IMG/VR virus record: IMGVR_UViG_3300045988_168563
Span: 28,530-92,529 of that record
Reading direction: 5' to 3' (one strand)
From: a virus
Length of the DNA: 64,000 nt
A model generated the notes under the pieces. It did not search any database. It saw only the letters and a list, made by a program, of their open reading frames with translations, and was not told the origin of the DNA. How positions within the stretch are numbered: the stretch's first letter is position 1; every line of letters begins with the position of its first letter. The position numbers were made by a program, and so were the translations under genes. Of the stretch, positions 55,301 through 64,000 are shown piece after piece.

Positions 55301-57072
55301 TTTGATGAGTACTTCCCAAAGTCTTCTATGATCTCTTTCCTTAGTGCCGCTCTTGCCTGTCCTTCATTTTCAAATAGCTTATTGCCATAGCCATCCTTTG
55401 CATCCTTAAAGTACTCGATGACCTGATCGATTATGATCTCAGCCATCTTCTCCTTTAGGTTGTACGCGTCTATAGATGCATTAACCTCAGTCTGATTGTC
55501 AATGATCTTCTTTTTGATCTTTCCTGCAAAATCCATCAATCTTGCTCTCTCGCTGTCAGACATCTGTATAGCCTCAGAATCCTCAGTCTCACTGAGCATT
55601 GATATGATATCATTGGCTAGAGTCTTGTTCTCCTCAAGATTCTTTGCCACCATATAAATGTTCCTGAGGAGCGAAGCAGAGACATTGTACGCCACAAGGC
55701 TTTTATCACCACTATTAAGGATGCTCTCCACATCCTTCATCTGATTGACGACAGCGGATGCGTAGTCGTTCATGATAGTCAGACCCTCGATGAGGTTATC
55801 GATAGCATCCACAGCAATAGCCGTACCAAGAGCTGAGTTCACACGACCCGATGCAACGCCAAGGAGGTTGCGCGCTCCGTCAATGTAATCGATCCTATCC
55901 TCGTCAAGGTTAGTCCTGAAGAGTTCACCCTTCTTGACCGACTGGCTATAGAAGGCATTGATCCTACTCTTGAGCTTCTCGGCAATCCTGTTGATTTCAG
56001 CAACCTCATTCTTGATCCCTGTCTGGTTGGCTATAGCAGCATACAGGCTCTTTCCTTTTACGATCTCAGAGAGGTGCTCATTAGAAAGCAAGGCTTTCTT
56101 AGCTACGATCTTGCTTGCGTAGTCCCTGAATAGTCTGTCGGTACGCTCTACCTCATTGAGGAAAGCTCCGTCAGTGATACCATGGAATAGATCCTTGATG
56201 ACCTGCCAGATGCGGTTGAGGAAGGAAGAGTATTTCCCTTCATACTGTCCGATGATGTGCTTGGTGAGGAGCTTAGCCATCGCCTCTCTCCTCAGGAGGT
56301 CCTGTGAGCCCTCATAGAGCTCGCTGTACGTCTCAAACTCCTCGCCTAATATCTCCTTCACCTGGGTATCAGATATCGCGGCAGAGAGCCTCTCTCGCAA
56401 CGCAGGGGGCGCAAACTCCAACGCGATGTGTGCAAGCTCCTCTGTTAGGACCTCGCTAGACGAGCCATTGGCTACACGGATGAGCGCAGCTAGCTTGTTG
56501 GTAGCTTGTGCGGTCTCAAGGAAGACAGTCTCACCTGCTTGCCTTAGTCCTTCCTCAATAGCTTCGAAGTACTCTACAGGAATACCGTAGTGCTCAAGAA
56601 GCGCCAGGATCCTACCACGAAGGACAGCCTGCCTCTCAGCGTCTGCCTTAGCCTCCCTATCCTCGGTGTAGGACAACTTGTATCCTTCCTCAGTCACCTC
56701 AGGCATCAAGGGCGTACGCTCAGAGATGGAATCCTTGTTACCCTTCCTCACAGCCGCAAAGGCGGAATCGTAGGTATCGAAGTGATTATCCTCGCCAGCG
56801 TACGTACGGACCATGTAGGATCCATAGGTGCTAGCAGGGAACATGTCCCCGACCGGGGTCAGGGCCAGGACATCTCGTCCTGACCACTGGCCTTGATCGT
56901 TCTTCTTTAGGTCATGCCCATAGTCCTCGAACCATTTGCTGATGGATGCGTAGTAGGCATCCACAGTGGCATTCCTATCTTGCAAGACCTCACCAAGCTC
57001 GATGAACATCTTACTTCTCTCTTCCCCACGCGGCGTGCTAACCGTTGGGTACATTACACATGACTTACTCAT
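52303..57072 (-). CDS. giant protein of the RNAP/cargo module (function unknown)
   Basis: 1589-aa ORF. Its ATG at 57072-57070 overlaps the stop of the upstream giant gene (TAATG). The C-terminal half has several hydrophobic stretches. No catalytic motif recognised. Confidence 0.75.
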   Translation of the reverse strand: MSKSCVMYPTVSTPRGEERSKMFIELGEVLQDRNATVDAYYASISKWFEDYGHDLKKNDQGQWSGRDVLALTPVGDMFPASTYGSYMVRTYAGEDNHFDTYDSAFAAVRKGNKDSISERTPLMPEVTEEGYKLSYTEDREAKADAERQAVLRGRILALLEHYGIPVEYFEAIEEGLRQAGETVFLETAQATNKLAALIRVANGSSSEVLTEELAHIALEFAPPALRERLSAAISDTQVKEILGEEFETYSELYEGSQDLLRREAMAKLLTKHIIGQYEGKYSSFLNRIWQVIKDLFHGITDGAFLNEVERTDRLFRDYASKIVAKKALLSNEHLSEIVKGKSLYAAIANQTGIKNEVAEINRIAEKLKSRINAFYSQSVKKGELFRTNLDEDRIDYIDGARNLLGVASGRVNSALGTAIAVDAIDNLIEGLTIMNDYASAVVNQMKDVESILNSGDKSLVAYNVSASLLRNIYMVAKNLEENKTLANDIISMLSETEDSEAIQMSDSERARLMDFAGKIKKKIIDNQTEVNASIDAYNLKEKMAEIIIDQVIEYFKDAKDGYGNKLFENEGQARAALRKEIIEDFGKYSSKNNKLSAFLTPVATNGDLIHVLMARFIKSTETRGNMAIVARTEMTERKLTEIKEKYNLQNESQWSLMRDKNGRITGEIVSQFKWMEFEAEKEKIKEKIEKALNEKLAEYRRIHKANMDYESIQQERRGLEKYHKEEWEREHGSKLTEEYIVGQREDGSDIVETYPGDFFRNEEYDKLSDVQKEFVDALWDIKKDLDIWSGLTPEPWKLPLIARQGSSKELNPFKRVAAINWKQKILGGVVGIEEYEGVHTKDPLGTLLFVHKPKGYTQFGLELSKNPDVDYLTDPIGAMKAYAASSGYYTRMAAIRHIVELTRILDVENRGYHSRENGVGRDKMADYDAFINRTIYEKNVINDERPDWDKRLDAVMDPFNDLVYVTGLGLNAVSGIKNLINGFLRATALGDSRTGYNATTLVKAILLAHREIPNRWKFNKRGIIEDPLTSLLFLMDSSHDGRQAFMQGNVSQVRSLMSLFSTETLMAPLTMGDEWMKQSFAIAYLLNVEAGELNPAAKEEFKGVSLYDYMKNLKAPEGVKMTKFVEDALIKFSGAEHREAMYDWLGGHSQRLLLGTQRTLGAYNDNDRAAANSYAIGRAVLTFRNWMPVIISDMFRGTRYNAQNQEFEEGAYTTLWRMMHVKGENGKNSISAMHTLGTAAVAMFVPLMISKTLRGRVQKAFHLSDMQANNLHRLGRSALILHAMRAITDTLYVAMLTMGFADDDDDEPWYETLAELAMHFIMSLTPILGPTAVKEGWIHTDLYDRMRRNYARFKEADGNATSSEMESARRHLNKEMKEISLGFVADLYGLASAGSNELHPGDPIAFAMAMVQNNMFGAGAGVKKMDFGQSIESMATSGVAGYKTMMSLFSGIGDTYNRIANNSQEGRKKANPTEWENEERYIEESDDSFIVKAWRRYKNDMENGSPADRTFWNVFIVGVIGRNMFNVPFINDQFREKQMKDIKKYQSNYLTPLPDSFFMKYEGLAGEDLSDYEVFERGESEGDGLDVAY

Positions 57073-60000
57073 TATTGTCTACATGGATTTTTATTTTCCT
57101 TTGTTGCGTTCGCTTCCTCATTGGCTATCACGCCAAAGAGTGAGAAGTATGAAACAGCCTCAGCGTGTGCATTGGCCTTGAATGGGCCTGACGGCTCTAT
57201 TAATCCATACCCAGCCAATCGAGTGATGTTCAGCTTCTCTGGCTGTGCTTTCTGGAGCGAAGGTAGTAGATAACCTCCATCCATCCTATAGTCGTTATAC
57301 AGTGTTCCGTCTTCTGTCACGATACCCCTTGGGGTGATCCTTGTGTAGACAGTATCTTCTGCACTCGCCTTACTGTCCCTGCCCTGTACATAGATGATGC
57401 CACGGTTAGGCTGATTCTCGTCTGCGATGACATAGACAGGCTCTCTTTTCTCACCTTTCACCATGATGTAGTTAGGTACTACACCACCTGTTGAGTTCAT
57501 TAGAGCCTCAGCATCCTTCTGTGATACGACACGACCGATCTTCCTGATGTTCTCTCTAACGTAGTTGGCCATGAACTGATGAATGAACTCAGTATCGAGC
57601 TCTTGACCAGCTCTCAGCTCAAGAGCGTCGAACTTGATTCTCTCAAGCATCGCGTTACGACCCATCATAAGAGCCTTCACCGACTGAGGGATAGCCTGTA
57701 GCATAGCCTTCATGTTCGGATTACCGCTCATGTAGGTAGCGTACAAAGCAAGACCCTTTAGGAGCTCGTAGTCTCTAAGTGCCTTGGCCCTCTCTACACC
57801 TGTCAGTCGAGTGTTGTGCGCTTGCTCAATGATATCCTCAAAGGCAGCCGTAGCCTTCGCCATGGCCTTCTCCTCGCTGGGCGTACCAAGACTCTTGAAT
57901 ACCAGCGACTGGAATGTCCTCTTCTGCCATTGCTTGTTGATGAGGACAGGTACGATGTTCTCCTTACCGAGACCTACTATCTTCTTCAGGGACTCAGGTG
58001 CAGTCCTATTGAAGATGTCCGGGAACTTGGTGATAATCTCCTGCGCCAGGACATTCTTCTTTTCCTCATCCTCAGAGTAGGTGATGATAGCCGAGCTTAC
58101 GTACTGATCGTACGCAGAGATGAACTTCTTAGTAAAGTCCATCGTAGGCTTAACACCGAGTCTCCTTGCTGTCTCTACGATAGAGAGGGCAAACATAGGC
58201 GATACCTTAGGGTTGTAGACAGACTCTGCATACATCGTCCCGAAAAGACCAAGTCCTAGGTACATCTTGTAGAAGTGCCCATCCTTGTTCTGCTCGATGA
58301 ACGTCTTTGTTGTAGCCTCTTGACTAAGACCTGGCAGAGACCTCAATGATACGATAATCCCCTCGTGCTTGATATACCTATGGTTCTGCGCTCGCTCGAT
58401 CTGGTCAATAGACTTGACCATAGCGAATACAGACTCAGTGACACCACCCTTAGGTCCACTTGAGGAGACATCAGATTTACTCTGGAAGACAAGGTCTTTG
58501 ATCTCTGATGCAGCGTTTACAACGTCTATGAGTAGGCTAGCAACAGACTTTACGGCGTGCTGTGTTCTTGCGTCCAGCTTACCGAAAACCTCTACAAGTT
58601 TATCATCAGTCGCATTGAGCGCCTCCCTGATGAGGGCCTGCGTCTCGAACTTGGAACATTCGATAAGGTCATCCATAGACACATCCACAGACCTATTACT
58701 GTCAACCGGTCCACCCTGACCTAACGCCCTAAAGAGAGCCTGTGATCGTCCCTCATCACCCTCGAGGTTGGCAATATGCTTCCACAGAGGTGTAGCGGTG
58801 ATGAGGCCGATGATGTTACCTGGTACACCCATTCTCACCATAGTGGCGATGATAGAGGCATTATCCATAGTGATGTCAGCAAGACCGATCACAGGGTCCT
58901 TAGCGTTGTCCACAGACGCAGCACTGTATTCCTCAAGGATACGAGACACGTGCGTCCCATCGACACCTAGCACGCGGTTGAGTGACTGATACTTTTCACC
59001 AGCTATCTTAATTGACTTGCTGAGCTCAAGGAGCTGTGCTTGCTGGAAAACACTGGTAGCGGTATTCTCATTAGCGAAGACACCAACGAGGCCTAGACCA
59101 GCCTTGTTCTGCCTCTGCATCTCCATCTCAACCTCAGAGAGTGCGATGTTCTTACCCGACCTAAAGATATCTACGATCTTATTGATCTTGTCAAGGTCGA
59201 GGTTATGCAGATATTCAAAGATGACCTTGTCGCCGATCTTCTTATCTGCCTTATCATCAAGGACCTGCTCAAGGATCTCCTCAAGTCTCTCCTTGCTTAT
59301 GTTACTGATGATGTAGCCGATCTTCAGGTCCTTCTTCACACCATCGTAACCACCAGGCTGTGCCATCTCTAAGGCGGCCTGTGGGCTCCTCAGAACGCCT
59401 CTGATGATATCAAAGAGTACGTTGGTCCTCTGCCTTTGGTTGAGGTCCCTGGTGTTGACACCGCCATTCTTGAAGACCTCTGCAGCCGAGTAGTTGAGGT
59501 CAAGAACTGCAGGCTTCTTAGGCATCTTCTTGTCACCTCTGATCTGAGCCTGTCGTACCTTCTCATCATAGTCTTTCCTGATCTCAGCGATCTTCTTCTT
59601 GCCGGGACCAACATCCTTCTTCATGAAGAACAGCTTGTCGACGTCGAAGTCAAAGCCCGCTTGAGCAATACACTCATGAGGGACCTGGATAACACCACCA
59701 GCAACGCGAGGCAGGAAGCCTACGATACGGAGAGGGAAGGCTGAGTACTTAGACTCAGTGGGGATACGATAAGCTACAAGCTCAAGGAGATCCTCTCTAC
59801 CATCCTTCTCAATCTTCTTGATGTCGATCTCGCCCTTCTCATTGGCGTACTCAAGGATCTCGCTAGAGTGTGGCGTGACACGTACAGGCACGTAGTCGAT
59901 AGACCCATCCTTCTTGTATACCACCTTGAGATCGTTCGAGGCTTCAGCAGAGCTCATTTGGATGAGTGATCCCCCAGGGACCATCATCTTATAGATCTTC

Positions 60001-63000
60001 TTAGCTGCCATAGCGTAGAAGGCTGAGTGTAGAGCATCCTGGAAGGAGGGATCGTAGATGTCGTTCGTGAAGTGCTTACGGCCATACTCGTCCACGTGGA
60101 CCTCAAGGTAGTCCTCGCTGGCAGGGTCATAATAGTCACTATCCCTAAGTGCATCAAGTATCTGTCTCCTCAGGCGATCAAAGCGCCTGTTGTAGCTCTT
60201 GACGCTCTTCTTGTTGATCTTCTCGCTATCAGGATTCATCTCGATACCTGATTTGACGAACTCATCGATGGCGTGCTGACCTACGATCTCATTGATAGCT
60301 GCCTTGATCTGATAGCCATAAACCTGCGTACCGGCTACCTCAAAGGTGTCCAGGTTGTTGAGGTTAGTCGTGATGATCTTCCTCAGCTGAGTACCTAACC
60401 TCTGCCACGTATTGAAAGAGTGTAGTGGCGTTGAGGTCTGGATACCATAGTACTTGTATGGCATATCCTTGACCTTCTTGTCGTCGAGTTTGATACGACC
60501 ATCCTGGTCTCTATCCACTATCCATTTCTTCCTGCCATCGATCTCTACCTGATTGCTAGACTCGGCGAGCTGACCAGTGATATACTCAGAGATTTCGTTA
60601 GTGACCATCTTTGAGAACTCAGACCTATACTTCTCTACTTCTTCCTCAGATAGTTCCTTCTTCTTTACATACTCAGCCATCTTCTCATTGAACTCCTCAA
60701 GACTAGCGGCTGTGATGGCCCCACTCTTACCCTTGACCTCGAACGTATACTTGATAGGTGAGAGGTCTTTCAGGTCTAAGTCCACGGTAGCGTAGTTACC
60801 CACCTTAGATGCACTGTCGTACTCAATAGCATCGATCTGGTTATCCTCCATGAACTTCACAAGGGCATTGAGGAAGGGAGACGATATGCCCTCCTCATTA
60901 AGTCCTGTGAGGAGAGCCTCAGAGTGCTTGTATTGCTGGATGACCTTAGTATCCCTCTCACCGTCCTTAACGTGGATGTCACCATAGTACAGGCTTTTGA
61001 TGACGTTAAAGCGATGATCCTTGATCTTAGTATAGTCAGGCTCACGGCCTTCCTTGATAGCATTAGCCATCTCCTCAAGGGCCTCGATAGCTCCATCAGT
61101 GTAGCCCTGACCTGAGCCTTCAAGAATACGCTTGTAGCCTGAGGGTGATAGCCAGGCCTGACCGTCGGTAGCCGTGATCTTGCTATACGCCTTGAGTGAA
61201 GCATCGTAGCCAGCCTTGGTGATAAGACCCAGCTCTTTCTTCTTGTCGAGAATAGCCTTGATCTCCTTTGTCAATCTATCTGCCATACGGTCATTGATGA
61301 CGACAGTACGCCTTACAGCGTTCTTCTTAAGGTCAAGTCTCTGGGTGTTACTCTGTGCTTGCTTAGCACGCTTAACCTCGTTGACGATACTACCAAGTAC
61401 AGCCTTGTCGCCATAGAGCAGGTGACCAATCTGGATTCGCCAGAACACGCCATTAAAGGCAAGCGCGTACTGCTCCATAGCCTCAGCCTTGTGGTCAAGG
61501 TCGAACTCATCCCAGGACTGCACCTCATTCTGCACCTCCTGGTTGAATTGCAGCTCTACTTCATGCCTGAGCACCTCCTCAAGTTTTTCAAAGGTCGTGT
61601 TATGATCCCTGTTGTACGCATGGACAAAGTGCACCCTATCTATATCCGTGAGGCCCTTGTCAATCATAGCACCCATGATGTTGTACTCAACGCCTTTGAT
61701 ACCTTCGATTTCCGTTTTGTAGTCATTCAGCCCAGGCAGCAATACAAACCTATGGGCCATGCTGTCCCTCTTACCGATCTCCATGGCCTTATCCTTGCCA
61801 TAGAGTACGTGCTGAGCTCTCCTGGCTTCATTATAGGCTATCATGGTAAGATGGTCTATCGCATAGTCCCTATCTACATACTTCCCACTTTTGTCCTGTT
61901 CCATGGGGTTGAGTCTCCTCACCTTGACGAACTCAAGGGTGGATGCTTCTGCGGCTACAGGGAGATGCGCCCAGTAGTAAGCCTTGTCCTTGTCCTTCTG
62001 GGAATCATAGTAGAGGTTAGCAAGCTCGTTGCTATTCCACTTATTCATCTTGCGCCCATTGTGCACAACAACTCGCTTCCTTGAGAATAGCCCGGATACA
62101 AAACTCTTGGCCGCATAAGCCTCGTTGAGGAAGGCGTTAGCTGTATGATAAACCCCTTGTATCCCCTTTAACGTAACTTGATTCTTGTAGATCTCATCTT
62201 TGTCAAGATACTCACGCTGTATTGTATCTACGATCTTAGGATGCCTGTTGTTACCCCTAAACTGCAGCTCCTGGAATGCCATGTCACGATACGACGGTGA
62301 TAGACTTGATGCAAAGAGGAGGCCCTCTACACTTGTCCCGGTAGTATCATAGCTCAATACTCCTGTGTAGAATGCTGCACTAATCTTCGATAGGCTACTA
62401 TAGACGTATGAAAAGTCTGATCCCCTCGTAAAGTCTATAGGTGACTTCAGCGTGAACTTCTTGCCATCGCCCATCTGAGCGGCGAGTTTTCTTAGGTTCT
62501 TTGCGTAATCAGCTATTGAGAATCTTAGCATGGTGAGGATGTCGTAACGTTGCCCAGATAGATCCCTACCCCCTGTTGGAGGCATAGTGCTCGCTGAATT
62601 GTTGTATCCTCTTGTTGTCTGCGCTGCCTTAGTCCATTCGATAGATAGCATCCTTGGCTCTACGAAGATCCCAAACTTCTGCAGCAACTTAGACGCGCGT
62701 TCCTGCAACTGAATGAGATCTTCGGCTTCAGACAGCTTCATTTGAAGTCCGCTGTCCATGCTTACATCTAGACCGACCAGCTTTATCATAGATTGATCTA
62801 TCTCCGTGGCGATCTTGTCTATCTCCTCAACCGACAGGGTTAAGCCATCTACACCAAAGGTCTCTGTGAACTTGCTTGCCCACTTACCGATGATATCAAG
62901 GTTTGAAGACCTGTCCGCCATAAAGACAAAGCCATTACTATCTCTTACAGCATACTTTATCCTGATCTTATTGATCGCAGAGAAGAGCTGTGAGGCCATA

Positions 63001-64000
63001 GCCTTCATTCTCTTACGCTTCGGTATGGACTCTTCATTCCTGTAGTCTATGTAGGGACGTAGCTGCTTTATCCAGGGCTCAACGACCTCCATATTCTCAA
63101 GTCGCTCAAGCATATCCTCGCTATTCTCGATACCCTCCATAAGAGAGGCGAGAGTGTTATAGGTCTCACCAAGTGGCTTGAACTTGGTGTACCCAAACGA
63201 GTCGGTGATAGGCTTGCCGTCAAGATCGACATCCTCGATAACTGAGAACATAGCTCTCACTGCTGGGGTTATAGTCGACATCACCGACTTATCCTCAGCC
63301 TCCAGGAACCTGACATCCTCCCCTGCATCTCCTTCCTCAGAACTTCCTGCTTCCTCAGAATCTTCTACCTGGTCTCCCTCTTCCTCATCGAAGAGGTCGT
63401 CGAAGAGATTGCGTTCATAGAGGTCATCATCTCCATCTTCTGCCTCATCAGCATCCTTGAGAGCCTCAGCCTCGTTGATCCTCTCAAGAGCGATAGTAGA
63501 GCCAAGAATCTGTCTCGCAACCTTGTTGGTGGCAAGATTGAACATCTTCTCATCCTTTCCTATCTTCGTCGAGATATTCTTCAGGGTATCCCTCTCGCTC
63601 ATCACAACGCCATAGGCGGCTGCTACAGCCTCTATGACAGCATCACGCTGCTTTGATATCTCTGGGTCATTCTGAAGCTGTACAGCTTTGATGATAGCTT
63701 CGTCAAGGGTCGTCCTGTCGAGGATACCGTTAGTCGTGTTGAACTCTAAGTCCCTCTTGAGAGCGTCAGCAAATATCTCCTTATCCTCAAGCCCTACATT
63801 TCTTAGTGCTCTATCGATGATAACATCCTTAGCCATGTTGTCAGCCTTATCAATGCGATTTCTGATAGCGGCCTTTGTCATGGCGTATAGATTCTCCTTA
63901 GACTCCTTGCTCTTGAAGTCATGTAGGAACCACCCATCGTCCTTAAGGAGAGAAGAGACAACGCCCTTGACAACATCTGTAAGGACCCTCTCTTCCCTTC
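57072..64000 (-). CDS. crAss-type virion RNA polymerase candidate (two-barrel RNAP, DxDxD motif); 5' end beyond the right window edge
   Basis: The track lists 57072..63881 (2269 aa). I translated 63882-64000 in the same frame and found no stop (..GRERVLTDVVKGVVSSLLKDDGWFLHDFKSKESKENLYA-MTKAAIRN..), so the ORF is open to the edge. AQAGFDFDVDKLFFM has DFDVD at aa 1411-1415 of the listed ORF (59637-59651), analogous to the catalytic Asp triad of two-barrel RNAPs and the phi14:2 gp66 family. Confidence 0.65.
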   Translation of the reverse strand, partial: REERVLTDVVKGVVSSLLKDDGWFLHDFKSKESKENLYAMTKAAIRNRIDKADNMAKDVIIDRALRNVGLEDKEIFADALKRDLEFNTTNGILDRTTLDEAIIKAVQLQNDPEISKQRDAVIEAVAAAYGVVMSERDTLKNISTKIGKDEKMFNLATNKVARQILGSTIALERINEAEALKDADEAEDGDDDLYERNLFDDLFDEEEGDQVEDSEEAGSSEEGDAGEDVRFLEAEDKSVMSTITPAVRAMFSVIEDVDLDGKPITDSFGYTKFKPLGETYNTLASLMEGIENSEDMLERLENMEVVEPWIKQLRPYIDYRNEESIPKRKRMKAMASQLFSAINKIRIKYAVRDSNGFVFMADRSSNLDIIGKWASKFTETFGVDGLTLSVEEIDKIATEIDQSMIKLVGLDVSMDSGLQMKLSEAEDLIQLQERASKLLQKFGIFVEPRMLSIEWTKAAQTTRGYNNSASTMPPTGGRDLSGQRYDILTMLRFSIADYAKNLRKLAAQMGDGKKFTLKSPIDFTRGSDFSYVYSSLSKISAAFYTGVLSYDTTGTSVEGLLFASSLSPSYRDMAFQELQFRGNNRHPKIVDTIQREYLDKDEIYKNQVTLKGIQGVYHTANAFLNEAYAAKSFVSGLFSRKRVVVHNGRKMNKWNSNELANLYYDSQKDKDKAYYWAHLPVAAEASTLEFVKVRRLNPMEQDKSGKYVDRDYAIDHLTMIAYNEARRAQHVLYGKDKAMEIGKRDSMAHRFVLLPGLNDYKTEIEGIKGVEYNIMGAMIDKGLTDIDRVHFVHAYNRDHNTTFEKLEEVLRHEVELQFNQEVQNEVQSWDEFDLDHKAEAMEQYALAFNGVFWRIQIGHLLYGDKAVLGSIVNEVKRAKQAQSNTQRLDLKKNAVRRTVVINDRMADRLTKEIKAILDKKKELGLITKAGYDASLKAYSKITATDGQAWLSPSGYKRILEGSGQGYTDGAIEALEEMANAIKEGREPDYTKIKDHRFNVIKSLYYGDIHVKDGERDTKVIQQYKHSEALLTGLNEEGISSPFLNALVKFMEDNQIDAIEYDSASKVGNYATVDLDLKDLSPIKYTFEVKGKSGAITAASLEEFNEKMAEYVKKKELSEEEVEKYRSEFSKMVTNEISEYITGQLAESSNQVEIDGRKKWIVDRDQDGRIKLDDKKVKDMPYKYYGIQTSTPLHSFNTWQRLGTQLRKIITTNLNNLDTFEVAGTQVYGYQIKAAINEIVGQHAIDEFVKSGIEMNPDSEKINKKSVKSYNRRFDRLRRQILDALRDSDYYDPASEDYLEVHVDEYGRKHFTNDIYDPSFQDALHSAFYAMAAKKIYKMMVPGGSLIQMSSAEASNDLKVVYKKDGSIDYVPVRVTPHSSEILEYANEKGEIDIKKIEKDGREDLLELVAYRIPTESKYSAFPLRIVGFLPRVAGGVIQVPHECIAQAGFDFDVDKLFFMKKDVGPGKKKIAEIRKDYDEKVRQAQIRGDKKMPKKPAVLDLNYSAAEVFKNGGVNTRDLNQRQRTNVLFDIIRGVLRSPQAALEMAQPGGYDGVKKDLKIGYIISNISKERLEEILEQVLDDKADKKIGDKVIFEYLHNLDLDKINKIVDIFRSGKNIALSEVEMEMQRQNKAGLGLVGVFANENTATSVFQQAQLLELSKSIKIAGEKYQSLNRVLGVDGTHVSRILEEYSAASVDNAKDPVIGLADITMDNASIIATMVRMGVPGNIIGLITATPLWKHIANLEGDEGRSQALFRALGQGGPVDSNRSVDVSMDDLIECSKFETQALIREALNATDDKLVEVFGKLDARTQHAVKSVASLLIDVVNAASEIKDLVFQSKSDVSSSGPKGGVTESVFAMVKSIDQIERAQNHRYIKHEGIIVSLRSLPGLSQEATTKTFIEQNKDGHFYKMYLGLGLFGTMYAESVYNPKVSPMFALSIVETARRLGVKPTMDFTKKFISAYDQYVSSAIITYSEDEEKKNVLAQEIITKFPDIFNRTAPESLKKIVGLGKENIVPVLINKQWQKRTFQSLVFKSLGTPSEEKAMAKATAAFEDIIEQAHNTRLTGVERAKALRDYELLKGLALYATYMSGNPNMKAMLQAIPQSVKALMMGRNAMLERIKFDALELRAGQELDTEFIHQFMANYVRENIRKIGRVVSQKDAEALMNSTGGVVPNYIMVKGEKREPVYVIADENQPNRGIIYVQGRDSKASAEDTVYTRITPRGIVTEDGTLYNDYRMDGGYLLPSLQKAQPEKLNITRLAGYGLIEPSGPFKANAHAEAVSYFSLFGVIANEEANATKENKNPCRQ

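Noticed and set aside
1-64000. Stop-codon reassignment (TAG or TGA recoding), diversity-generating retroelement, or integrase/lysogeny module.
   Set aside because: The 2598-, 2269+- and 1589-aa ORFs and all structural genes are intact in the standard code. I saw no reverse-transcriptase-like ORF, no template/variable repeat pair, and no integrase or repressor-like gene in this window.

Overview
This window reads as about 64 kb of a crAss-like (Crassvirales-type) tailed phage genome from a Bacteroidota host. That assignment is inference from gene content and signals, since no database search was possible. There are three transcription blocks. (1) 1-9129, minus strand: 16 small, mostly uncharacterised accessory or early-type genes. 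They include an edge-truncated MazG-like NTP pyrophosphohydrolase, two DUF3310 paralogs, a tandem paralog pair, and two consecutive proteins ending in an SSB-tip-like D-x-LPF tail. (2) 11295-52237, plus strand: one long late operon. It runs from an HU/IHF-like protein through TerL, portal, a collagen-like fibre, fibre and receptor-binding candidates, an embedded lysis cassette, scaffold candidate, major capsid candidate and tail proteins. It ends in a 2598-aa polyvalent-type protein carrying RecB-like nuclease and HExxH motifs. (3) 52303-64000, minus strand and convergent with block 2: two translationally coupled giant genes. The second carries a DFDVD metal-binding motif like the crAss-type virion RNA polymerase, and its reading frame is still open at the right window edge. 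Host-type signals are Bacteroidota-like: TAnnTTTG -7 promoter boxes, no Shine-Dalgarno sequences, and A/T-rich start contexts. All giant ORFs are intact in the standard code. The most unusual part is the ~2.1 kb ORF-free strand-switch region (9130-11294). It contains a GC-rich structured element that shares a 22-nt motif with a second ORF-free element at 6832-7191, and iteron-like direct repeats next to an AT-rich palindrome. It also contains eight tandem promoter-to-terminator cassettes without ORFs (a candidate small-RNA array). The last cassette is about 0.5 kb and holds two abutting non-canonical tRNA-like modules. Functional names come from motifs I could read in the translations. None was verified by HMM or BLAST search.
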